DNA of 62,566 nucleotides, counting the filler, from Gonapodya sp. JEL0774 (lineage: Eukaryota): the NCBI GenBank assembly GCA_027604505.1. It is 22 parts of 22 records of this genome, joined end to end, with 100 filler letters (N's around TTAATTAATTAA, not from the genome) between each part and the next. Parts side by side here need not be neighbours in the genome. Positions count along the whole stretch, not along the records: positions 51,320 to 54,057 come from JADIIX010001715.1; positions 54,158 to 56,895 come from JADIIX010001716.1; positions 56,996 to 59,732 come from JADIIX010001717.1; positions 59,833 to 62,566 come from JADIIX010001719.1; 18 more parts are not named here. The stretch is one strand, 5' to 3'. Positions 51,652 to 62,254 of this stretch are shown piece after piece. The translations under genes were made by a program, and so were the position numbers. Each line of letters starts with the position of its first letter. Within the stretch, counting starts at the first letter, position 1. The notes below the pieces were generated by a model. The model had not been told where the DNA came from and made no database searches. It worked only from the letters and a program-made list of their open reading frames with translations.

Positions 51652-51945
51652 GAGTGTGTGATGTTGTAGTTTTTTTTTTTTTTGTTATTGTGGAGTAACG
51701 TGTTCTTCTCGCTGATATTACTACAATATATGTTACATTATATAATATTATAGCCACACACGAACATACTTAGTCTTTCAATCTGCACTTTCTCTTTTCT
51801 CTCTACTCTCTCTCTACTCTCTCTTTCACTCACTCACTCACATCACTCTCTCATTGCTCTCCCTCATATATATTCTTGCATGCAAGGGGTTTATGTGAGA
51901 CTCGTGGGTCTGCATGCCCGAATCATAGGATATGACAGGATGGAG

Positions 51946-52210
51946 GGATACGACGAATCGTTCAATCTAGCTGACGACGGTCAACCGAAGAACAGGAAGC
52001 AGAAAAAACAAAAGGGAAGGGAAGGAAAGGTGGAAGGACGCGCCGTTGTAGCGAACGTAAAGGTCGTATCCTGCCTGTCCCGGTTGTCCTGGCCTTCTGC
52101 GACATCTGACGGGATTGAACGATTCATCGTATCCTGCCTATCCCGGTTGTCCTGGCCCCGTGGTCCTTTCAGACCGTTGTATAAAAAAGCTCGTATCCCA
52201 TCCTGCCGTC
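51946..52210. repeat. Cluster of direct and inverted repeats sharing the core TCGTATCC
   Basis: 31-bp direct repeat at 52064-52094 and 52127-52157 (1 mismatch), a third core at 52191, and a 22-bp inverted repeat at 51946-51967 / 52113-52134 (1 mismatch). Confidence 0.9.
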
Positions 52211-52869
52211 CTCCCAGTCCATCCATGTCCATCCTCGCCCCCTTGCCCACTTGCGGGCCCGTGGCACATGCACTCGTTTACCAGAGGTCCCTCACAACCG
52301 CCGAGTTCCCAGTCCCTCACAGAGAAACATAGAAACAGAGAGACAGAGAGAGAGAGCGCGCGAGAGAGAGAGAGAAAGAGAAAGAGAACGGAACATGCGT
52401 CTGCGTCAGCGTCAGCTCTCCCTTGTGTGCGCTGCCGAGAGAAAAGGACGGCAGTGAATGAGTGAACGTGGTGGAGGTGCGACAAGCAACGTGGCAGTCG
52501 GCACGGGCATGGAACCCTCTAGAACATTCGGTTCCAACTTTCGAGCCAGTTTCGAGAGCGCGGATTGAAAAAGGCTGTCCCCCCGTAAAAATACAGGTCC
52601 AGACCTTATACTATATATCTACGTCACAGCGAGAAAAGAAAAAGAACGAAACTTTTCGAAAGATGGATCATGATGTACTGGAAGTGGACAGGCACGGAGG
52701 CAGCCGAGCGCTAGGGGACAAGACAGGCAGGCACGTCAGCGACGCCCTCAATCGGGCTCTGGGAACACCAACAAATACGGCGTGGATCCGACACGGCGAT
52801 CGGCTCTGGCCCAGTGGTGATACGAGCTGCAGGTGTTTGTCGGGGGCGCGGCCGGAGCTTGGCCTTGCG

Positions 52870-53455
52870 AGGCACCACGTATGCGTACCAGAAGTGCATG
52901 GATTCCAAAACGTTCCTCTTCCGGGTCTTCGCGCAGGACTACCGCATGTTGGCCAAGAACCAACGGTACCAGCGCGACCTGGTGGAGTCCATCAGGACCA
53001 CGCCTGATCCCCGTTTACCGGTGCTGCGAGTGTGCAAGAGCTACTTTGGCTTCCGCAACGGGATCTACAACATTGAGACCTGCGAATTCACACCTCGGGA
53101 TAAGGTGCCGGTGGTCGTCGGCGAGGACGTTGTCGTGCGAAAATACCTGGACCAGGACTTTCTTGTCGACACCACCACTCCCGAGTTCGATTCTCTCCTT
53201 CGAGCACAGGTTTACGGGGACAACGTGCTGAAATTTGTGGACATGTGCCTTGGACGTCTGTTCGGGATCAGGGATAATTGGCAGTTTATGTTGCTCCTGT
53301 TCGGGACAGCGGTACGGGAAAATCCACCATCGTGATCGTCGTGCGGCACTTCTTCACGGACGTGGGGTCCCTGTCAAACTCATTCGAGAGAGCGTTTGGT
53401 GCGTCCGGATGGTGGGACAAAGAAATCATCTTGGGAGACGACCTCCCCGTCCACG
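52870..53455 (+). pseudogene. D5-like primase-helicase (SF3) fragment of large-DNA-virus type, frameshifted and truncated
   Basis: DPRLPVLRVCKSYFGFRNGIYN (D5_N-type F.NG motif), TPEFDSLL, LGRLF..RDNWQFMLLLFG, then a 1-nt shift into DSGTGKST (Walker A), VGSLSNSFERAFG and KEIILGDDLP (Walker B region). No introns. Confidence 0.85.
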
Positions 53456-53464
53456 AAAATTCAT

Positions 53465-53715
53465 CTGGGATGGGGATGGGACGAGGATGGGAAGAGAGAT
53501 TCTGAAACTTTTCGGTAAGTTTTTCAGGATGGGATGAGGGATGGGATGGGACCTGGATTCTGAAACTTTTCGGTGAGTGTGAAGGATGGGGATTGGGATG
53601 GGATTGAGATTCTGAAACTTTTCGAAAATCATTCAGGATGGGGATTGGGGATGGGATGAGAGATTCTGAAACTTTTCGAAAACTCTTTGGGGGATGGGCA
53701 TGGGATGTGGGGAGC
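53465..53715. repeat. Imperfect ~55-bp tandem array: four exact GATTCTGAAACTTTTCG units separated by GGATGGG-rich linkers
   Basis: Units start at 53498, 53556, 53608 and 53662 (periods 58, 52, 54). Confidence 0.93.
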
Positions 53716-55269
53716 TTTTGAACTGGGTGGCGGTTCAGTTTTTGTGTATGTATATGCATCATTTTTTACGACTGCGGCCATTGTAATCGTCATCATCATA
53801 GTTACGCTTGCGTTTAGGTGAATGCTTTGGTCCGTTGTTAGGTGGCAACGGACTGGCGCGTCTTACACAGCGCAAAACATCACGCTGACATACATAATGA
53901 GTTTAGCAGAGCCTCATCGTACACTCACAAAATGAACAATGAGGCAACTCACCTTTAACATGTCGAATGTGTACTTACGATTCCGGTCCGTGATAGTTGT
54001 GGGATGCTTTGCGTTGTCTTTTGCATTCTGAACTTGAACCACCAACAGATAAAGATANNNNNNNNNNNNNNNNNNNNNNNNNNNNNNNNNNNNNNNNNNN
54101 NTTAATTAATTAANNNNNNNNNNNNNNNNNNNNNNNNNNNNNNNNNNNNNNNNNNNNAAAAATCACATGCATCGGGAGACACGTATTTCAGGTTTTATTT
54201 TCGAACAGCTCGTGAGATATTTTTGGGTGCGGTAGCGGCAGTATTCGTCGCGCCAAAAGTTCCACGATTTGGGATGCGCATACAAGCTCTTGGGAACAAA
54301 ACCGAATTTAATCAAGCCTGACGTCTCTTCTCCCCCTCCCTTGCAGCAGCCTTCCAAACCTCTCCAGTCCCCTCGCCTCCTCCTTCTTGTCCCCTCGCTC
54401 CCTCGCCAGCCCCACCACCCGCCATCCAATGTCCATACTGGTTGTGGCAGGGGCGGTGTACTTGTCTGCCGGTGGCTTGAAGCGCGTGACAAGTTGTGTT
54501 TTGTGAGAGGAGAGAAAGGCGGAAAGGAGAGCGTTGGGGTCCGATGTGAGAGAGTCAGGATCGGAGAGATTGACCGGGGATGTCGGGGATTTGGAGTCAA
54601 GTTCAGATGCGTTCCTTGGAAGATGGTAGGATGGTGGGACAAGACCCGGTGGGTAGGTTGTCGGCAGACCCGAGGAGCCTGGCTGAGCATTGATGTTGAG
54701 GAGCGGGCCTGCGGGATTTGGAGTGGGATGGTGGACGCCGTCAGCTGGGTTGGACCCAGAGATCGGAATGGAAAGGTTCTACAGGAACCAAGAAGGCATG
54801 AAGTTTGTTGTGATTCATTAACGCATGTTAGTGATCATGGAGGGAAATTTCATCCCAATCCGCACTCACCCTCCATCGCTCGTCCTTCATGAATCCCCAC
54901 TTAGACTCCCAGTCTCTCGCCGTCTGCTGCTCATATGTACATGCGGCTCGCCTGGGGGATGATTCATCACGTTTTCCATTCAAATCGGGCAATACCAAGT
55001 CCTCTCAATGTACCAGATGGCGTCGTCATGCACGATATTGTGGACTCGTTTGGTGGCTTTTGCATCTGCAGGCATCGCTGAGCTCGATGTGTTGGATTGG
55101 CTGATGAAGGAACCGGTTCCCTCTTCCGATCAAGAATGCGAAGCCTCCGATCACCCCGCTTCAGCACGGGATCTTGCTATTACGAACTCCCAAATATGCA
55201 GTTAGAGAGTTCATGCCAGGAATACATACATGAAATAGGTATCTAAGAAATTGTTCTGTTATTAAATAT

Positions 55270-56895
55270 TTAAACTTCCACCTTCTCTTGCTCCTTCAGC
55301 CTCGCCTCCGCCTGCTGCTCCAACACCATAGTCTCCACCTTGAGCCTCCTTCCCGTGTCCTTCAACGCAAATCCAATCACCGTCGTGACCCCCGACATCC
55401 CCCCTATAGCCCACATGACCACGATCGTTTCGCCGACATTCTGCAGGGTGAGCGTTCCCACGATGGAGATGGCCTGCCCGACGACGAAGATGAGCCAGTT
55501 CGACATTGCGGGGAGAAGGTGGGGAAAGGTGACTTCCATGGCGAGTTCAAAGACGAGTGGGAGCGTTTGGAAGTTCCATACGCTGAAATGAGGTGTGATT
55601 GCAAATGTGTTCAGCTCAACATGAGCAAGGGTAGTTCCATGGTTGGAGAGTGGCTGTCGATAGACGCAACACTCACCCAAGCATGACGGCCATGAAGAGA
55701 ATAAGCGGATACGCTACTCTGTACTGAACGCAGAGCGTCAACCCTAGTCACTTTTTCTTCAGCCCAAAGAACAAAATCAAACAACATCAAACTCGCACAA
55801 ATCTCACCTACAAAAGATACGGTTGTGCCCACAAGGAGCGCCCTCAACACGGTCACGTGGTTCTTCTTCCGATCGACGTATTTGGCGATGAACGGGGAGG
55901 TGCACCACCCGCCGATGATGATGGAGGTTCCAATAAAGCCCACTCTCACAACGTGGTGGAGATTGAGAGAACAAGATGACTCTTTGTGAGGAGGAGAGCG
56001 CTTATAACAAACAAATGACTCACTGTTTCGGAGACAAGCCGGCGGGGATCATGATTTGGGAAACAAGCGTGATAAAGATAAAGAAGAGGGCAATTTGAGG
56101 ACCCTATGAAGCAGCCCACAATAGTGGTCACCTATTGAACCTGACGTGTGTTGCCCAAGATCGAGAGCCACCTGGCACCAACCATAATCAAGAGCAACAA
56201 AAGGTAGCTCTTATTGGTAGCTGCTGTCCTTAAGCTTTTCACATAGTCAATCTTGACTGCATCCCGAGTCTTCATAATCGCAGCACTCGGTGTGGGCGGC
56301 GTTGGAGGTGCGTTCTGGTAGAAGAACGACAAGGCGAGCACCAAGAGCGCAACCGCCGTCCAACTCAGCAAGATCTTGGGCACGTCGTCGGGCTCGGTGA
56401 GGATGTACGGTGTCACTGCGTTGGCGAACGCGACTCCAAGGGACGGCGCAGAGGTTCCAACCAGGTTGGCGATCGTTCGTTCGTCCGTGCCGAACCAGAC
56501 CTGCGCGACTTTTGTGCTGGCAGTCGTTCCCACAGACCTTCCAGCTGCGAGGATAGTTTGGCCGATGAGGGCAATGATGAGGGCCGTGTGACGAGAGGAG
56601 GCGAAAGTGCCGAGGTAACGAAGAAGGGAGCCAGCAAAGTTGAAGGCAGCACCGAAGATGAAGGATTTGCGGAGTCCTTGGTTGTCGATTAGCCAGGAGG
56701 TGAAAGCGCCTGCAATGATGGCTACGCATCCACTCGAAATTGTTCAGATGATGTGTTTTGAGATGTCGTACGGCACGGGTACTTACTCTGGATCATGACA
56801 ATGAGACTGAACCAATTGATAACTTGCGGACTTGTCTCATAGTACGCAGCAGCTGTCTGTGATACGGGCGAAAAAGTGAGCCATCCTAGAGCGGC
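55270..56895 (-). CDS. MFS transporter, FLVCR/SLC49-like (multi-exon, 5' partial)
   Basis: ALGWLTFSPV...INWFSLI; ALIGQTILAAG...STKVAQVWFGTDERTIANLVG; APPTPPTPSAA; TLPLVFELAMEVTFP; GRRLKVE. Confidence 0.88.
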
Positions 56896-56995
56896 NNNNN
56901 NNNNNNNNNNNNNNNNNNNNNNNNNNNNNNNNNNNNNNNTTAATTAATTAANNNNNNNNNNNNNNNNNNNNNNNNNNNNNNNNNNNNNNNNNNNN

Positions 56996-57937
56996 TCCGC
57001 TATCGATGAACTCATGTGGAGGGCGTTTGGTCTTGGAATGAAGCTAAGCATAGTCTTTCACGACCGGTACAACCTCGATTGCACATGGGAATGCGACTCA
57101 TATGCTCGCCAATGGGGACGGTACACCACTGCTCAGGGTGGAACAACGCAGGATGTGGCTGACTGGTACATGAATGCGACTCAATCATTGTTCTACGATC
57201 AGCGTATGCTTCACGTCATCAACCATGTAAACCCCCGGTTCAACAAAGCCTGGAAAGATCTCTCGGAGGCTATTGTTGGTTTCGGCATCCAAAACGAGGC
57301 TCAGTCTTACAGCTCCGTTGGGGACCCTTCATGGGTCTGCAATAGAGCTAAAGTCATCAAGGGACTTCTCTCCAAAGGTATCAACGTGTTCACCGGTGGC
57401 GGCCAGAATGTTTCAAGTTCGGTTCTTCCTCAACACATCGCATGCTCAGAGATTGATGTGATCTCCATACACTCCTACGATGTGGTCGAATGGACTGACC
57501 CTGCCAACTACGGCACCCTCCTCAACTCCGTCACTGCTGCTGGGAAGCGAGCGGTAATTGAGGAACTGGGTGCAACAGGGAGCAACCGAGCAGCCTCATT
57601 GGATCTCCAGCTCGCCGCCATAAATCGATACTGGACGGTACCCTTTATGCCGTGGGCCGTGCAAAAGCCGGGGTCCTCAGTAGAGCACGAGTTTTGGACC
57701 GACAACAAAGACGTATGGAGTGTATTTTCGACAGCTGCAGCGATAGCGCTGAGCTCACCCGGTGTGTTTGTGTGGACAGAGGTGGCCAATGGGTCCGTGC
57801 TTGTCAGCAAGCCCTCGTTGGGGCATCGGAGATGGACGATCCAGAGTAGCTGGACTCAGCTGGACGCAAAAAATTTTGTGCTCTCATTCTTTGCTTTATT
57901 TATAGCTTTTGTATCGGTGCTGCAAGAATCGTTTTGA
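56996..57937 (+). CDS. Glycoside hydrolase family 5 enzyme (mannanase-like), 5' partial, with hydrophobic C-terminus
   Basis: AIDELM...MKLSIVFHDRY; GFGIQNEAQ (acid/base Glu); DVISIHSY; KRAVIEELGA (nucleophile); PFMPW. Confidence 0.88.
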   Translation, partial: SAIDELMWRAFGLGMKLSIVFHDRYNLDCTWECDSYARQWGRYTTAQGGTTQDVADWYMNATQSLFYDQRMLHVINHVNPRFNKAWKDLSEAIVGFGIQNEAQSYSSVGDPSWVCNRAKVIKGLLSKGINVFTGGGQNVSSSVLPQHIACSEIDVISIHSYDVVEWTDPANYGTLLNSVTAAGKRAVIEELGATGSNRAASLDLQLAAINRYWTVPFMPWAVQKPGSSVEHEFWTDNKDVWSVFSTAAAIALSSPGVFVWTEVANGSVLVSKPSLGHRRWTIQSSWTQLDAKNFVLSFFALFIAFVSVLQESF

Positions 57938-58420
57938 AAGTATGTGATCAATGGTCCAGGCTTTACGTACTAAGCTACGTCTTCGAAAATAGACTGTTGG
58001 GCCTCTTATGTGATACACGATCGCTGTGGCTGTCTTCGACGTGGAGCGTTCCACAAACGAATACATACCATAAATTCATGGTTCCGAGTTCTCCGAAATT
58101 TGAAGAATACCACGCGGTTGAAGGTGCTGTGATGCACACAACTTCTCTTTCAAAAAGCTCAACTAAGAAACAAAATACTTGCTTTCTGTCTCGAGTGGTG
58201 ACTCGCCTCTACGACACGACGAGGATCACATTTACATGATTGTCAGTTCTCCCACATAGCGTCGCCCTCAAGCACTACAGGATCCCAATGCAGGCCAAAT
58301 GAGGATTGGCAATGTGAAGGAAACTTTTCGCAGCCGGATCATTGATGCGTTTTGCATGTGACTTTGGCTGAGGAGGAATATGAGTTACAGAATAAGCCAT
58401 GAACAGCGAGAGTACTCACA

Positions 58421-59225
58421 TCACCATTCAGCTACCAGCCTCCCTTCCACGTTCGAAAAAGCTAAACTCCTCTTAAATTCCTCGAAGCTGATTTTTCCGT
58501 CCTTGTCAACCACGTCTGCGTCCAGCAGCGTTTTATCAACTATCTGGCGGAGCTGAAGGTCCGTCATGGAGGAGCCGACCATGACACGCATGGTTGAATA
58601 AAGTTCAGCAGGGTCGATGAAGCCGTCGCCGTTCAGATCGTAAACTTCGAAAGCGACTATGTAACGGAGAACACAAAACTTCAGGATGAGAATGTAACAT
58701 GGTCGGGAACTTCTTAGTCCATGCGGAATCATCGCAAAACTGGTTGTCCAACCGCTTCATTGTATTGCCATTGTATGGAGAGCTATGCACCTCCATCACC
58801 GTTCGAAGTTGTCGGAACTCACAGCGAAGTTTGACCTCTCGTTTGGCTTTGGGAGAGAAAATGCTCAAGTTCTTGACGAACTGCCTGAAATTCACCTCTC
58901 CACGGCCATCTTCGTCAAACACAGAGACTATCCGCGGAGCGAGCGGATTCATTGCCAACTCTGGAATGTGAAAGAACTCTTCTGTAGATATTGCTCCTGA
59001 GCGTGACTTATCTAGTTGACAAAATCGTGCGTAGAGGCGATTTATCTCCTCTTCCGTGACTTTCGAGTGGTTGATCAAAGTGTTGCAAGTGAGACGAGTT
59101 GGCGAATTTCATGGCTGGCAGGACATAATCCCGACACGGGAGCGTATGTACTCACGGTCAGCGAGAGCCGCGTTTTGCATTTCCTCAATCTCCTCTGGAA
59201 GCAGCGTCGATGGACGGTTCCCCAT
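58421..59225 (-). CDS. Calcineurin B homologous protein (CHP1-like EF-hand protein), 3 exons
   Basis: MGNRPSTLLPEEIEEMQ...EINRLYARFCQLDK...IPELAMNPLAPRI...EVNFRQFV...AFEVYDLNGDGFI...MVG...QLRQIVDKT...DKDGKISFEEF. Confidence 0.88.
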
Positions 59226-59832
59226 CGGCTTGGTATGTTCTTCTAAGCACAAGAGTGTATGTAAGTTCGATCGTTTTGGCCAGACCATGACCCTACATGT
59301 CCCAACCTCCCACCAAAAACTCTCGTCTTTAATCCCATAATGTCCGTCAATAAGCGAAGAGATCCCAGGAGACCTGACGCAATCGTTTTATTCAAGTGAG
59401 CGTTTGATGCCGTTGGTTCTCCAGAGATTCCCAATTTTAATAACTGTCGAACTGTCTCTTCAGATGGCCTGAACCCGCCAAGGATGACCCATCCTCCATT
59501 GATGCGGAGCTGATTGGTCTACTGGCGATGACAGTTGGTGAGTTGACTTGTTATGGGGCGACCAAGAACTCCAAGCTGCCAAGGGGCTTTGCGACGTTCC
59601 ATTTTGTCATTAGGCATGTACGGTCTTTTCACATCATGGCGACTCGCGTCGTGGATTAGTCTCTTCTTTGGAATCGTTGCGCAGCTCAACTCAGGCAGGA
59701 ACTCTTCTCCTGGTGTGTAACCGCCATTTGGCNNNNNNNNNNNNNNNNNNNNNNNNNNNNNNNNNNNNNNNNNNNNTTAATTAATTAANNNNNNNNNNNN
59801 NNNNNNNNNNNNNNNNNNNNNNNNNNNNNNNN

Positions 59833-60842
59833 ATGAAATTGAAGAAGCAAACTGGATAAACATGATCCGCGAACCAATCCAAAGGTTTGGGAGAAGCTCA
59901 CATGAGTTTCATGAGCTGGGCGCCAAAGAATCGAACAGTTTTAGTTGCACTTTGTGACACGAGAGTGAAAGTGTGATCAAAGGCCACCACCGGACGTGTG
60001 CATCGCGAAAGAAGCAGACTCTTCCTGCAATGACTCTTACAGACTTACCTTTTCTTCACGTCACTAGTTAGCGTCTCCTCTGAGCTTGAACTTGACGCCG
60101 CTCCAAGAACGAGACTTCCAGGCGGCAGGGGCAAAGGATTTCGCCGGAGGGGAGGTTTTCGGTGGCAGGTACATTCCCGGACAATACTTGCGGACAGCTG
60201 TGATACTGTGCGAGGTTTAGAGTCCGCTTGTTGAATACTAGAATAGAAGCGTGGATTGGAAGCTTCGCATAACTCTCTTGATTCTTGGATCATGCATGCT
60301 GCTAAAGCCACAACTCACTGTTGCTTTTCAAATTTCACCTTCGTCACAGGCCGACTCCTGCGTTTATGTGTTGAAAGGGAGCCACCTTGAGCTCTGCACA
60401 CGCTGAGAGTGTATCCACGGAACAATTGGCTGGGTGTCGAAGTTGATCCTGCAGACGAAGAGATCGCTATGGATGTCGGAGATCCTGCCAAGCACACTAC
60501 GAGCACCAATCAGAACAGCCTGTACTTAGCCATGAGGCTGTTGGGCTCACAAATGCTTGACCCTGATTGATCATCATCCATCCTACTTGTGGTGAGTCTC
60601 CTGGTTTGCCCGTTTGTTTCCCTGCAGTGAACTGGTATGGATCTCTCCACAGGTCCAGCACCCGGCAGCGCTTGCTCCGACTGAAGATCCGAAGTTAAAC
60701 TTTCTGGCTGCCTTCCGATTTCGACTCGTGGAAGCTGGAACTTGGCGATCGCATCGTAACCGCTGACCCGTGGGACCACCAACTTGAGTGGCATCCTGAC
60801 GTCAGCCGAGTGGACCTTTTCAGAAGAGAAGCAGGATCCCAT
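59833..60842 (-). CDS. Hypothetical multi-exon protein starting MGSCFS (3' end uncertain)
   Basis: ATG at 60842 gives MGSCFSSEK. Downstream minus-strand ORFs end at GTGAGT/GTAAGT donors. Confidence 0.45.
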
Positions 60843-61007
60843 TCGCAAGAGATCAAAGATTGATGATTATGCGGGAGAATCGAATTCGTTGGAGAGACGA
60901 AGCAAGAGTCTCACGATGTATGGCCGGGATGAGAAGATGATCGATCTGATTGAACCCCAGTCACCAAGTCTGTTCTGTATGCCCAAACATGAATGAAAGC
61001 AACATCT

Positions 61008-62254
61008 TCACAACGTTTCCATATTATAGTGCCATAACAATACACTTTTCAAGAATTCTCGTTCCTCTTCCGAGTACTCCTTCCTCACCTTCTCCATCAT
61101 TTGAAAGGCCCGACCTTCCTCTATCGTCTGTGCCTGGTCATACTTTACCAATGAGCGCAGATTGTCGAACACCATGCGGGCACGTAAGGCTCGGATTTCT
61201 TCATTGTCGCGAGCAAGGAGGGATCCTTCTAATGGGCTGGACAAGTCTCTGGAGGAGCGGCGTTTGCGCGATGGAGGAGTTTGGCCCTGCAGGCTTGAAA
61301 AGGCGTGACACATGAAAGATGTGTGTTAGTGATACATATCTTGCTGCTCCAAGAATTTGCATTTCGCGGGAATAATGGTCTCACGAATTGGAAGATGATG
61401 AGAAGATTCGAACCTCATCAAGGCCGACGAATCGCACCCTCCGGGCAGGCTCCCTCACCATAATCATCCGAATAGCTGCTCTTGCATTTCCGAGGTTTAT
61501 ATTGGCTCCCTTTGGCTCTTGTACGTTTGCGTAGCGCCGGCCCCAGAGGATTGGGGGGTGAGCAGCCGATGGGAGATGCCAGTTGCGTGTTTGTCGGACG
61601 AGGTGCGATTTGGCGGTGGCGCTTAACTGCACCAGCTCGGCTTCTAGACGAATACGAGCTGCTGCACGAGATTGAAGGGTGGTGGACGACTTGAGGATCG
61701 GTCGGAGAGGGCGGGTGACAGGGTCAACGGCAGCGATCAAGCCAGATCTTGCAGTGGCAGATATTGAGAATCGCAAAGCTCCGCAGACAAGTGAGCCATA
61801 TTTGAAAAACCAATGCTCACATTGATCCTGTCGTGGGTGTGTCTATTTGGGTACAGCTGGTGACCAGCGTCTCATCCGACTTGCCTTGGATTTCGGCGAT
61901 CAGCAAAGGAGTGGGACACGACAATAATAACGAAGATGGATTTGACACTGCGGAAGTGAAAGGTTATCTAACTGTACAATTGAACCACTAACGAGATATT
62001 TTTGTGAGTCTCAACTCACTGGAACGTCGAGGCGACTTATGCCTGCAAATCCGAACGACCGTCGCCGGAAACCGATTGCTACGACTCGCAAATGGATCTC
62101 CTGGTCGAGACAGTCTGCTCCTGTCTGTGGGCATTGTTGGAACGAGACACCCCAGTCGTTGCCGATGCTGCGGGGGTGCGACAGATGGCAGCAGCAGTGT
62201 GGGCTTTAGACTGTTCGGAGACCCTTGTTCGTGAGCGGAGAAGCAGCTCCCCAT
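61008..62254 (-). CDS. Hypothetical multi-exon protein starting MGSCFS, with an RVxF motif
   Basis: ATG at 62254 gives MGSCFSAHE. Later segments contain LRPILK and RRVRF, plus a helical last exon ending HYNMETL*. Confidence 0.5.

Noticed and set aside
53498..53678. CRISPR array interpretation (17-bp repeats with 35-41 nt spacers)
   Set aside because: The repeat is too short, the spacers resemble each other (GGATGGG runs), there are no cas genes, and the context is eukaryotic. Reported as a tandem/iteron-like array instead.
54158..55210. Possible small spliced gene or long ORFs downstream of the MFS gene
   Set aside because: No consistent exon chain or recognisable protein.
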